From assembly GCF_006345805.1 (NCBI RefSeq), contig NC_043012.1, forward strand, positions 29,450,001 to 29,514,000: a DNA stretch of 64,000 nucleotides. Direction: 5' to 3'. Shown here piece by piece: positions 41,525-54,187 of the stretch (its first letter is position 1; every line of letters starts with the position of its first letter). The position numbers were made by a program, and so were the translations under genes. The DNA is from Octopus sinensis (Eukaryota). Below the pieces are notes generated by a model. The model was not told the DNA's origin and searched no databases. It worked only from the letters and a program-made list of their open reading frames with translations.

Positions 41525-42510
41525 GTGGTGGTGGTGGTGGAGAATTAGGATTCAATAATATTGGTGGTGATGGTCGTGATGACAGCGATGGCAGCGGCGG
41601 CGATGATAGTGATGGTGGTGGTAGTGGTGGTGGTAGTAGTGGTGGTGAGGGTGGTGGTGGTGACGGTGGTGATGATGGTGATGGTGGTGGTGGTGATGGT
41701 GGTGGTGGTGGTGATGGTGATGGTGGTGGTGATTGTGGTGATGGTGGTGGTAATGGTGATGTGGTGGTGATGTTGGTGGTGATGGTGATGGTGGTGGTGG
41801 TGGTAGTGATGGTGGTGGGGGTGGGGTGATGGTGGTGGTGGTGGTGATGGTGGTGATGGTGGTGGTGGTGATGGTGGTGATGGTGGTGGTGGTGGTAATG
41901 GTGATATGGTGGTGATGTTGGTGGTGATGGTGATGGTGGTGGTGGTGGTAGTTGTAGTGCTAGTGGTTGTGGTGGTGGTAATGGAGGCAGTGATGGCGGC
42001 GGTGGTGGTGGTAGTGATGGTGGGGGTGGTGGGGGTGATGGTGGTGATGATGGTGATGGTGGTGGTGATTGTGATGGTGGTGCTGGTGGTGATGGTGATG
42101 GTGGTGGTGATTGTGGTGATGGTGGTGGTGGTGGTAATGGTGATGTGGTGGTGATGTTGGTGGTGATGGTGATGGTGGTGGTGGTGGTAGTGATAGTGGT
42201 GGAGGTGGGGTGATGGTGGTGGTGATGGTGGTGGTGGTGATGGTGGTGATGGTGATATGGTGGTGATGTTGGTGGTGATGGTGATGGTGATGGTGGTAGT
42301 TGTAGTGCTAGTGGTTGTGGTGGTGGTAATGGAGGCAGTGATGGTGGTGGTGGTGATGGTGGTGGTGATGGTGGTGGTGGTGAAGATGTGGTGATGGTGG
42401 TGGAGGTCATCGTCGTGATCGTGATGGTGGTGATTATGATTGTGATGGTAGTTGTGCAGACGATGGCTGGTGGTTGTTGTTGTTGTTGTTGTTGTGGCGG
42501 TGGTGGTGGC
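41525..42510 (+). repeat. (GGT/GAT)n degenerate trinucleotide array with internal duplication
   Basis: Directly visible; the 409-aa Pro/His/Thr ORF is its translation. Confidence 0.93.
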
Positions 42511-43442
42511 AGAGTAACAGTAGTGAGTCTAAACATAGCTATTGACATACGCCTTAGTCACCCCGGGTACGTTGGTAAAGTGACACCCGTCTTCTTACTT
42601 CCTCTTCCCCCTCCTCCTCCTCCTCCTCCTCCTCCTCCCCCTTATAACTTCTAGAATTATCTTTCTAACTTTTTACTGGATTGCCTGACAGGAATGTTTT
42701 CTTCATTCCGCCGCCACCCCACACTCCTCCGCCACCTTTCCCCCATCCTCCACCTTTTTTCTTTTACTTCATTCTGCACCTCTTTCTCTCCCCCTCCTCC
42801 ACTGCCGCCGCCGCCGCCGCCACCACCACCATCATCATCATCATCATCATCAACAGTTGTCTGTAGTTTGATTTTCATGTGTATGTGTTTGTGTATATGT
42901 ATGTATGTTTGTATGTATGTGTGTATGTGTGTGTGTGTATGTATCTGTTTATATGTATATATGTATATATGAATGTGTGTATATATGTATGTATGCAAGT
43001 GTTCATGTATGTTTCTGAATGTCTGTGTATGTATACATGTGTAGATCTATATGTGTATACATGTATGTTTGTATGCACTAGCTAGTGAATACGTGTGTGC
43101 GTGCGTGCTTGTGTGCGTGCGTGCTTGTGTGCGTGCGTATAAGCATGTATGCATATGTATTTAGTATATGTATGTGTGTATGTAATATGTGTTGGTGCGT
43201 ATATGTGTGTATATGTGTATTTATGCATGTGTGCGTGTGCTTGAATGCCAGTCCAGTAATGTATATGATGCCCCTACCACCACCAGCAGCAGAAGTCGCC
43301 CCTAAGCCTGGTGGTCCCTGTTGAGCCCAACTAGGGGAAATGCAAGTGAAGCAAAGGGAGGTGGCGGGAGCTGGCAAACCGAATCACACGCATGCACAAA
43401 TTGGCAAACACGCATACGTGCGCATTCACAAACGCACAGGCG

Positions 43443-43536
<94 letters not shown>

Positions 43537-44177
43537 CACACACGAACACATATATATACTTAGTCATGCACATATACCTACGTACACACCCGCATAAATA
43601 TAAACATACACACATATGTAATAGCAATCGCTATAGAAACCAGAGCACATATATATATACACATACACACATACATACTCATACGCATAAAAACGCACAC
43701 ATACACACACATGCACACACACACATGCACACACATACACACACACAAGCATACACACATATGCACACACACACATGCACACACATACACAAGCACACAC
43801 ACATATGTATGTATATATGTGTGTGTGAATTTTTGTGTATGCATTTGTTTCCTAGCAACTATTAACCGGGGCTGGTGTGTTTATGTTCTCGTAACTTAGC
43901 GGTTCAGCAAAAACAACTGATAGAGTAAGTACCAGGCTTTCGAGAAAAAAATTAAGTGTTATGGTTGATTCGTGCAACTAAAATTCTTCTAGGCGGTGCT
44001 CCAACATGGCCACAGGTTAATGACTGAAACAAGCAAAAGAATATAAATTTAGGAATATAAATTTATTGTTAGCACCCCCCCGACACACACACACTCACTC
44101 TCTCACACACACATGGTGAGCTGTCCCCCTACCCTCAAAATCCAGGCCTCCTGCCTATAGTAAAAAGGATTACTACA

Positions 44178-44211
<34 letters not shown>

Positions 44212-44216
44212 AATTA

Positions 44217-44636
44217 AGGTAGCATGCTGGCAGAATCGTTAGCGGGGCGGGCAAAATGCTTAGCGGTATTTCGTCCACCTTTACGTTCTGAGTTCAAATT
44301 CCGTCGAGGACGACTTCGCTTTGCATCCCTTTTTGATAAAAATTTAACTGTGAAATATTTATTAGATGTTAGAATTGGAGTTGTTTGGGTTTGTTGTCGC
44401 GATTGAACTGGCTCTTGTTGGTTTTTAAATTTTGGCACAAAAGCGGCAAGTTCGGGAGGAGGGGTGTAAGTCGATTACATCGACCCCAGTGCATCACTGG
44501 TACTTATTATCAACTCCCGAAAGGATGAAAGGCAAAGTCGATCTCGGCGAAATTTGAACCCAGAACGCAAGGACGGACAAAATGCTGCTAAGCATTTTAA
44601 TGCGGCGTGCTAACGATTCTGGCAGCTCGCCGCCTT
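44217..44636. mobile_element. Two family A SINEs in opposite orientation
   Basis: Plus-strand head 44217-44340; minus-strand copy 44425-44636. Confidence 0.75.
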
Positions 44637-44689
44637 ATTGAGTTGGATTTTATTAAAAGGAAGTTGGATTGAGTTGGATTTTATTAAAA

Positions 44690-45013
44690 AGAAGAGGATT
44701 CGTGGAAGCTGGACTTCTTGAAACGTCATTTGACAAGTAAAATGCAACGGAATGATCTCGACAAACATTGGCAACGAGATCGTTCGTTGCCAGCCATGGA
44801 AATATTGCGCATGCCACAAGTTTCGATGGTGGAGAACGAAATCGATCGAACCCGGAAAAGATTGAAGTTGTTATCGATTGTGTCATGCGAGTTGTGATAA
44901 ATAAGTGTTTAATTTCAGTCGAACGTATTGATGAACATATGCGAAATTATGTCGAACTCCCAAACAGTTGGCGAAGCAAAAATCATGCGCTTGAATTTCT
45001 GAAAAACAACTAA
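44690..45013 (+). pseudogene. Probable hAT-type transposase relic
   Basis: WKLDFLKRHLTSK and LPNSWRSKNHALEFLK recall ZNF862/KIAA1586-like hAT proteins; frameshifted; from memory, not searched. Confidence 0.45.
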
Positions 45014-45024
45014 CTCTAAATTGT

Positions 45025-45197
45025 TGAAAATGTTACATCGACCCCAGTACGCAACTGGTACTTAATTTATCGACCCCGAAAGGATGAAAGGCAAATTCAA
45101 CCTCGGCAGAATTTGAACTCAGAACGTGAAGACGGACGAAGCGCCGCTTAGCATTTTGCCCGGCGTGCTTAACGATTCTGCCAGCTCGCCGCCTTTG

Positions 45198-45235
<38 letters not shown>

Positions 45236-45236
45236 G

Positions 45237-45292
<56 letters not shown>

Positions 45293-45410
45293 TTCAAATT
45301 GTGACACAAAGCCAGAAATTTGGGGGTGGGGCGGGAATAAGTTTATTTTCTCGATCCCGCAAGGACGGAATGTAAAATTGACTTCAGTGGAATTTGAACT
45401 GAGAACGTTT
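45025..45410 (-). mobile_element. Family A SINE copies separated by (TAA)n
   Basis: Reverse complement of the B-box and shared core. Confidence 0.75.
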
Positions 45411-45893
45411 CAAATTATCACTTCTCATTTGGTTGTGAATACGTTTAACGCCATCTATCTTTAATATCAGGATTTTATAGCTGATATCTTTTTTGTTTTG
45501 TTCTTCTTCATGTTCCAGCCCTAAGGCTGTGGCCATGCTGGAGCACCGCCAACAGTGATTAGTCAATTAAATGATTTAAAATTTTCTGTGTAAGAAAAAA
45601 ATTGAATCTAAAACTATTTCAAAGTTTACGTAAATGGCGGTGTTTGCTCTTCAGAATGAAAAATTGGCAAAGTTAATGGGTATTAGAAGAACTTTCCTTC
45701 TATCTAGGGCAGACTCTGACTTGGTAAAGTTAGTGGATATTGGACGAGGTTTCCTTGTATTAAGGATAGACTCTGAGTGAAGTCAAATGAATCAAAGCAG
45801 AAAACAAACTTAGAAACTATTTAAGACAATGTTGTTTGAAGAAGTCTATGAAAGGGGAAAGTTACCAATCATATAGAAATGGAGATTCAATGG

Positions 45894-45924
<31 letters not shown>

Positions 45925-45942
45925 TGTATGTATGTATGTATG

Positions 45943-45976
<34 letters not shown>

Positions 45977-45982
45977 TGTATG

Positions 45983-46016
<34 letters not shown>

Positions 46017-46050
46017 TGTATGTATGTATGTATGTATGTATGTATGTATG

Positions 46051-46084
<34 letters not shown>

Positions 46085-46339
46085 TGTATGTATGTATATA
46101 TGTATGTATGTATTATGTATGTATGTATGTATGTATGTATGTATGCATGCATGTATGTTTGTATGTATGTACGTAAGTGTATGTATGTATGTTCTCTAAA
46201 TCGGTTTCTGTAAGCTTGGAGCGGCGGTAAGGTCATGTTCATATTTCGGTAACCGGATCTCTGCCTATGCATCTTATCTAGTTCGACTGATCACAAATTT
46301 GTTAAAACCAGCGCTCCACCCAACTGAATTGGTGCTGGG

Positions 46340-48235
46340 GGGGGGGAGGTGATTTTAACAAATTCATATCACTGTCCATAACATTGTTAAATGTAGAATT
46401 GAAAATTTTGGTCAATATGGTAGCAAATAAGGGGTGGGTGGGCTGGAAAGCCGGACGGTAAGTTGGTAGTTCTTGATGTGAACAGTTTGTACTTTCAGAC
46501 CAGAAGACTTCTTCCTTTCATTGAATGATCTTTTCTTCGATGAAGGACATCAGTTTTTTGTGTGTGTTTGTACTTAGTGGGAAGTTTGGGGTGAATGTGT
46601 TTTCTTTTTGTAGAGGTTGAATTGCTGTTGGTAGTGGTGGTGGTGATAGTGGCTGTAGTGGTAGTGGTGATGGTGATGGTAGTGGTGGTGATGCTGATGT
46701 TTGTGGTGGTGGTGGTGGCGGTGATGGTGCTTGTGGTGGTATAGTTGTTTTGCTGGATTTATGTTTGATGTTGTGGCTTCGGTGCTGCGGTTGTGATTAT
46801 TTGATGTCGTTTTACAGCGAGTTTTTTGTTATTTGTTAGATTTTGCTTCCTCTTCACAAGATGCTTCCACGTGGGAAGGGTCTGATGAGGGTGGAGGTGG
46901 GGAGGATGTATGCTTCCCTGTATGTATGTATGTGTGTGTGTGTGTGTGTTTGAAAGAGGATGGGGTTGATGAAGTGTAATGGAAAGATGGGCTAGATATT
47001 GTCCTGGGTTGTGTTGCTATTTCCGTTGTCTGTGTTGTTGCTATTGCTACTATTGTTGGTGTTGTCACTGCTGCTGTTGTTCTCGTTCCCATTGCTGTTA
47101 CTGTTGTTGATGCTTCATCTGTACGCTGCTGCTTTTATTGGGGCTGTTGTATCGCTTGGGGGCGGGGTCTCCTCTCTCCTGTTTTTTGTTGAAAGCAGAA
47201 AATGTTGAGTGGCCTTCCGCACCACATAAGTGGAATCTTTGTTTTCTTCATTCAACCGCAATTCGAGCTTCACTCTTTTGGATTATGTCTGTGATCGTTC
47301 CTCCGCTTCCGGTTTGGTTTAAAACGGTCCAGTCTAAAACTCCTTCTCCATTCACTTCACTTCGAGTAGAGTTTCACTGCCTTCCAGAAGAACACATCCT
47401 AGCAACCACCAGATGTTCAACCCTGGTGGAGTTCTTTCTATCTTAACGCGAGAGGTTCTCCCCGATTAGGTTGGGCAGAGACTGAAATACCTGTCATGTA
47501 TGAGAGATATGCTTCCCTGCGTGTGCCTGCTCTTGAAAAGGACCATCATACTGCTGAACTGCCTCGACCTTGACACTTGAACTATGTCTACCCATATTTC
47601 TTTTAGGGCTCTTTCAACCGAGTCTTGTGTTGCCGATTCCAAGCGCTGGCTTTTAATCTCCCATTCAATTTCAAAAGTCGTTTAGTCTTGTCTCCTTATC
47701 ACTTAATGCGAGGTTAAAGAACTGCGTTGATTTTTCTGCTGCCCCAGCAAAAGATTGTCTGCTCATGGGGTTGTCTCCACAACCTGTCTTTTTCGTTATG
47801 TTGTTGTTGTTGCTGCTGCTGCTGCTGCCATTGATGTTATTGTTGCTATCGTTGCTGCCATGGTTGCTGCTGCTGTTTTCATTTGTCAGTGGTTAATCTT
47901 TGAACTCCAGTCATAGCAGTTTCTGTTCCTTCCTTTCGCAAGCATTGCCGTGGCTTATGTTGTTTTCGTTAATATTGTTATTGTTGTTGTTGTTGATTAG
48001 TATCGTGGTTCTCTCTCTCTAATGAAGCTCGTAGCAACGCGACGCCCGCTGACCGCTTCTCATTGAAGCAGTTTGTGGCCATTAATGCCACCATAATTTA
48101 GAACGACATAAATTAGACGAAGGTGAAAAATACAATTATAATTGTGGCCTTAATTAACTATTGGACAAAAAAATCTTCAACACTATACAAGAATTGACCA
48201 ACATTTCGGAGCGACGTAAACACGTGTGAACAAAT
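46340..48235 (-). mobile_element. Old Tx1-like 5' UTR + ORF1 relic
   Basis: Decayed knuckle RKQRFHLCGAEGH near 47190-47260; T/N-rich linkers; THKKLMSFIEEK resembles KLMEYITAH in copy 1 ORF1. Confidence 0.5.
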
Positions 48236-50105
48236 AATATTAATAACGATAATAATAATAATAGTAATAATAATAATAATGGTAGTAGTAGTAGTAGTAG
48301 TAGTAGTAGATGAGGAAATGGTGCGAAAAGATAAAACTGTATGAAGACAATAAAAGCGAATAAAAGAAAAAAGATATTGGTTTCTTGAATTTCAAAACAA
48401 GAACATGGAATATCTGGAATAGTTTGGTGAAATTCTATATTTTATATCACACCAGCAGACTCTCTCTCCCCCACTCTCCCTCTCTCTTTATTTCACCACT
48501 TCTCTCTCCCTTTTTCTTTCTTTCTCCTTCACTCATTCTCTCTTACTCTCCCTCTGTGTGTCTCTATCTATTTGTCTGTCTGTCTGTCTATCACATTCAC
48601 ACACACACACACACATACACGCACACACTGTTTCTTTTATACACACATACGTACACAAACACACATGCATGCACTCTCACTCTTTTTCTACTTCTGACAC
48701 ACACACTCTCTTTCTCTCTCTCTCTCTCACACACACATACACGCATGCAGACATATACACAAATACACTTTTTCTCTGTTAAATACACATATACAATCTC
48801 TCTCTCTTTCACACACATACACACTGTTTTTCTCTTACATGCGCATACACATAGTCTCTCTCTCTCTCACACACACACACACATTCTCTGACTGACACAC
48901 AATAAGAGAGATATCTCCAGCAACTTGTTAGTACAACTTTACGGCCGCCATATACAGTTATACCAGCAGCACTGACGACTCGCGCGCCCTCTACCTAGCA
49001 TAAACCAAAGGTGAATAACTCTGCTTACTTATCACGAAGAATTCGGCTTGGCACAAGGCCACAAGTTCAGTAAAGCTCTGTGTGTGTGTGTGTGTGTATT
49101 TGTCTACGGCGTTGGGTGCATCTCATAGAAGCTTTTATTGATCCTTTTCATCCCAGTACATGAGTGATACTTGTTGCTGTTGTGATTGTTCAGTTGCAGG
49201 TCAGGTGTCAGTGAGCAGACCCATAACGAAAAGCGTTCCAACTATGACTGTCTATAACTGTCTCTTATTTAGACCGTTTCTCTATGGCTGTTTTATCCTA
49301 TGTACCACAATCACTTTTTAAAAATAGTAAAAGGTGATTTGAGAGAAACTGAGCTGCTATTTCTTGTAACGATCGTATAACCAAATAGACTTACCAGTAT
49401 CAACTTGTGGTGGTGGTCATGGGGTGGGGGGCGTGGCATAGACAATAAAATTTAACTCTGGTTTAGGATTCGAACTTAGAAACCGAGGAGAAGAAATTGG
49501 AGAGAGAGACATCTGTATGCCTGCCCCACAAACTGGAAAATGCTCCTTATTCTGAGAAACTGTTCCGTTCATCTCGGAAGTGAATCCCTGTGTAAGATCG
49601 AAATCTTCAGCGTTAGTATAGCTAGAGTGGGGTGGAGAGGGCAGCACCTTTATGAGGGTGGCTGTAGACAACATGTACGTTTTGTGGGGGGCCGGTGGCG
49701 GCAAACTGAAGGGCCAGCCCAAGCTAGTGTTTTCCAGAACATATTTACCGCCGAAATACATCGATCGATATTTCAGCATCGAGACCAAGGAATACCGCGT
49801 TTTGGGAAAGCGAAATCTCGTTCACTTTTCATGAAATATGTGAGAGGTCAAAGGTAAGTGATGATGGCAAACTTGTAAGGATATGTATTGAAGAATCCAT
49901 CATGAAAGATATGCTATGACTCGTTGTTAGTGTCTGGAATAATGGAAGAATATCAATGCTAAAGAATGGCCGACATAAGTTTTCGTAGAGCGAAGGAAGA
50001 CGTTGTTACTACTACTACTACTACTACTACTATTACTACTACTACTACTATTACTACTACTACTACCACTACCACCACTACCACTACCACCACTACTACT
50101 ACTAC

Positions 50106-50170
<65 letters not shown>

Positions 50171-50234
50171 ATAATAATAATAATAATAATGATAATAATA
50201 ATAAAATAATAATAATAATGATAACCATAATACT

Positions 50235-50454
50235 AGTTTCAAATTTTGGCACAAGGTCAGCAATCTGGGAGGGTGGGGGAAGGGGTTAAGTCGATTACAT
50301 TGACCCCAGTATTCATCTGGTACTTATTTTATCGAACCCCCGAAAGGTTGAATGATAAGGTCGACCACACCTGAATTTGAACTCACAATGTGAACACGGA
50401 CAAAATGCTGCTAAGCGTTTTGCCCAACATATTAACAATTCTGCCTGCTTGCCA

Positions 50455-50455
<1 letters not shown>
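50235..50455 (-). mobile_element. Family A SINE
   Basis: Reverse complement of the head and core. Confidence 0.72.
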
Positions 50456-50504
<49 letters not shown>

Positions 50505-50557
50505 TGATGATGATGATGATGATAATGATGATGATGATGATGATGGTGATGGTGATG

Positions 50558-50589
<32 letters not shown>

Positions 50590-50614
50590 GATGGTGATGG
50601 TGATGGTGATGATG

Positions 50615-50663
<49 letters not shown>

Positions 50664-50768
50664 GGATGATGATGATGGCGATGGTAATGATGATGATGGT
50701 GATGATGATGATGATGGTGGTGCTGATGGTGATGGTGATGGTGATGGTGGTGATGGTGATGGTGATGG

Positions 50769-50811
<43 letters not shown>

Positions 50812-50814
<3 letters not shown>

Positions 50815-51893
50815 ACAAGCACAGAAAAAGCTAAGCGCATGAAAACCCGTGCTAAAACTGCTGCCTTAGATATTCTGCTGCCTTAGATATTCTGCTGCCT
50901 TAGATAGCAAATACCCAAAGATATTCTGCTGCCTTAGATATTCTGCTGCCTTAGATAGCAAATACCCAAAGAGAGCGAATAATGCAGATGTTGACAAAGC
51001 CCTGACCCATCAATGGCTAATGGCCTCTGGCTTAAAATCTGAAACAGAAGGGTTTATCATAGCAGCTCAAGATCATTGCCTACCTACAAGGAACTACCAG
51101 GCCAACATATTAAAGAACAACAGTAGCATAACATGTCGTGTATGTCAACAACAGAATGAAACCATTGATCATGTTGTCTCCAAGTGCAGTCTTCTAGCGC
51201 CTACAGAGTATCTCAACAGGCGTGATAGAGCTGCACAATATATTCACTGGGTAATTTGCAAAAGCCTGGACTTGCCCCATGATAAAAACTGGTGGGAACA
51301 CAAACCACCTCCAGTGCTTGAAAATGACCACATCTCACTCCTCTGGAACTTCACCATTGAAACTGACAGAAAGATAGACACGAATAGGCCAGACATCATA
51401 GTAAAAGACTTCAGAGAAAGAACATGCCTCCTCATTGATATGACTGTCCCAATCGATATAAACGTATCTGTCAAGACCTACCAAAATCTGAGCAAGTATA
51501 AAGATCTGGAAATAGATATCAGCAAAATGTGGAACCTGAAGACTAAAACAATACCTGTTGTCATAGGTGCCCTGGGAATGACAGCAAAAGGGGCTGATTG
51601 CTACCTAATTCAGATACCAGGAAACCCCAAAATGCAGAAAATCAAAAGATAGTGCTCATGGGAACTGCTCATATCCAACGCAAAATACTTTCTATGTAAT
51701 CTCAGGGTTTAAAACAAACATAATTTTTGTATGGTTTTTTAGGCATTCACTAGTACAGCACTAAGTACAAAGCCAAATATATGGCACCCTAGGCATAACA
51801 CCAGCATGAACTTCCATTTTGTTGTCTCTTGAGGTCTCTGGGTGAGATTTGGAGCCAGCTTGTGAAAATGTAAAGCAAAAGTCAAACATAGAA
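50812..51893 (+). mobile_element. R4/Dong-like LINE 3' fragment, same family as 38375-40357
   Basis: LKSETEGFIIAAQD, CRVC...H...C, NRPDI, KYKDL, VVIGALG; ends in (TAA)n; local tandem duplication 50870-50970. Confidence 0.9.
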
Positions 51894-51924
51894 TAATAAT
51901 AATAATAATAACGACAACACATTA

Positions 51925-52490
51925 TAATGTGGCAAGAATGATCCACTGGGAGCTTTGTGAAAATTATGGCCTAGAAAGATCAAAGACGTGGTTTGACCAA
52001 ATTCAGAGGGAGTTACTGACAATGAAGATGGCAAAATCCTGTGGGATGCATTGATTCAGTGTGGCCTTCAGATTAGATATCGGAAACTTGACATTGTTGT
52101 GGTGAGCAAAAAAGGAAAACAGGATTAATACTCGACATAGCATGTCCTGGTGATAATAGGATCAAAGAGAAAGAAGAAAAACTGAACAACTATGATGAAT
52201 TCAAGAGGGAAATACGGAGGTTGTGGGCAACGAAGAGAGTGGACGAGATAGCAACGGTGATTGGTGCACTTGGAAGTATCAGCACTTGGAACTACCAACA
52301 TGGCTGAAAAAGATTGGTACAAATGTAAAGATTGAACACTTAGAAAAATTATCATTGCTTGGAACTGCAAGAGTTCTCCGCTGGGTTCTTGAAGCATGGT
52401 CAGTAAACAAGTGTCACCTTAGTCTGCTGGCTGTGGACAGCTGACACTTTCCATGTTACCCAGCAAAATAAAGCTGAGATTTTTCATGAA
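51925..52490 (+). mobile_element. R4/Dong-like LINE 3' fragment, second family
   Basis: VARMIHWELCE, KILWD, LDIACPGD, VIGALG, LLGTARVLR; ends in (TAA)n. Confidence 0.78.
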
Positions 52491-52519
52491 TAATAATAAT
52501 AATGATAAAAGTAATAGCT

Positions 52520-53490
52520 AACCTAAAGTAAGGAAGCCTTGTCAGTGACAGTTAGGAACGAGGGAGTATTGAGGGCAGAGGAAAAAGGAAAAACAAAGGA
52601 AGAAGTACAAAAAGAACATGAAGAAGAATTACGCAAGGATTACGCACAATCAATCAACAGAATTTGCAGAGAAAAAATTGATGAGATTGGCTGATGAAAG
52701 GAACCCTAAAAAAAGAAACCGAGACCACTATACTGGCTGGGCAGAACCAAGCTCTGCCCACTAACTGGTGGGTCAACCTGAAGAATGAGCAAATGTCTCC
52801 GCTGTGTTGCAGCTGTAATACTGTGGATAAAACCATTGCACATATCACGAACGAATGCCCTAGACTTGCCCAAATCACTACAAGTTGTGGCGACACGATC
52901 AGGTAACGAAAGATCTACATTCGAAACTGTGCGAAGAGTGTGTGTGTGTAAGGGGGGGACTAAAGAGAGACAAGACATGGTGTGAGCACAAACCACAGAG
53001 AGTGGCGGAGTCAGAGACTAGCAAAATCCTCTGGGATTTCCAAATCCAAACAGATCAGGTGCTAGAGCATAACAGATTGGACCTAGTGTTGGTGGACAAG
53101 GTGCACCACGTACGCTATATAGTTGACGTTGCATGCCCCTTTGATCCACGAATAGTCAAGAAGGAAGGCAAAAAGATAGATAGATACAACCCACTTAAGT
53201 ACGAAATAACCCGGCTATGGAAAATGAAGAAGGTGAAGATAGTGCCAAATATTGTTGGGTTCTTGGGAAGAGTATCGGAAGGCATCAAGAGAAATATAGA
53301 GGAGATTGGAATAGAGTGCCCAGTAGAACTGTTACAAAAGATTTGCCTCCTTTGCACGGTCAGAATAATCAGGAAAATATTAGACGGCTGAAAAGAATGG
53401 ATAGCATGATATCGTAGGCTGCAGGTAGTAAGCCTACTATGCTTGCAAGAGACCAGGAGCTCCAATAAAATTTGTGATAAAGAGAAAATA
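52520..53490 (+). mobile_element. R4/Dong-like LINE 3' fragment, third family
   Basis: GTLKKETETTILAGQNQAL, KILWDFQIQTD, VDVACPFD, LLQKICLLCTVRIIRKIL; TAA-type tail. Confidence 0.82.
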
Positions 53491-53507
53491 ATAACAGTAA
53501 TGATAAT

Positions 53508-53815
53508 GTTTTCTTTATTGGCTACAAGGGCCTAACTCAAAGCAAAAATAGAGAATACTACACAAGGGAGAAGTGGGGCTTAGCACAAAACTTAGTGTAT
53601 AAAATTGAAACAAGAACAAGCAACAAAATCAACAATCAAATTCCCCGAAAAGGGAATCCACCCAGGGACAACCGAGGAACCCTGCACATCCTGGCCACCC
53701 CAACCGCAAGTCGTTGCCTCAGTCGTTGCCCTTCTTCTTCTCAACTCCTCCGGCTTACAAACGTATGTTCAGAGTTGGACCATTCCTCGTCACATTCACC
53801 AACCTTTCAACTAGC
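53508..53815 (-). mobile_element. 5'-truncated Tx1-like 3' end
   Basis: VERLVNVTRNGPTLNIRL-stop resembles the ORF2 C-terminus of copies 1 and 2; tail TTAGGCCCTTGTAGCCAATAAAGAAAACA. Confidence 0.65.
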
Positions 53816-54124
53816 ACGAAAATGTGGAATGCGTTGAGGAATCTGGATGCGAGGAATATGGGTAATGGAGAGATTATGATGGGGAGATTAGGATGGAGTG
53901 GGTGGAGAAGGAAACCCTTGATGTTTGTATCACTCAACCGATTACAGTTATTGATAGAGATCGATAGACATTGTAGAGATCTTATCGACGCAGGAATGGT
54001 TATGTGGTTAAGAAGCTCGCGTTGCAATCAACAGGGTTTCGGGTTCAAGGCTCTCTTCCACTTCAGTGACGAGTCGACCAATGTTTTTGTCAGTGAATAT
54101 GACGGACGGAAACTGTATATGTAA

Positions 54125-54171
<47 letters not shown>

Positions 54172-54187
54172 TATAAGTATATATATA

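Noticed and set aside
41319-42548. 409-aa Pro/His/Thr-rich ORF as an extensin-like gene
   Set aside because: Translation of a (GGT/GAT)n array; no unique coding signal
49417-49860. Overlapping 105-123 aa ORFs as a host exon
   Set aside because: No recognisable domain; faint colinear resemblance to the post-YADD region of Tx1 ORF2 suggests an ancient LINE relic, too weak to annotate
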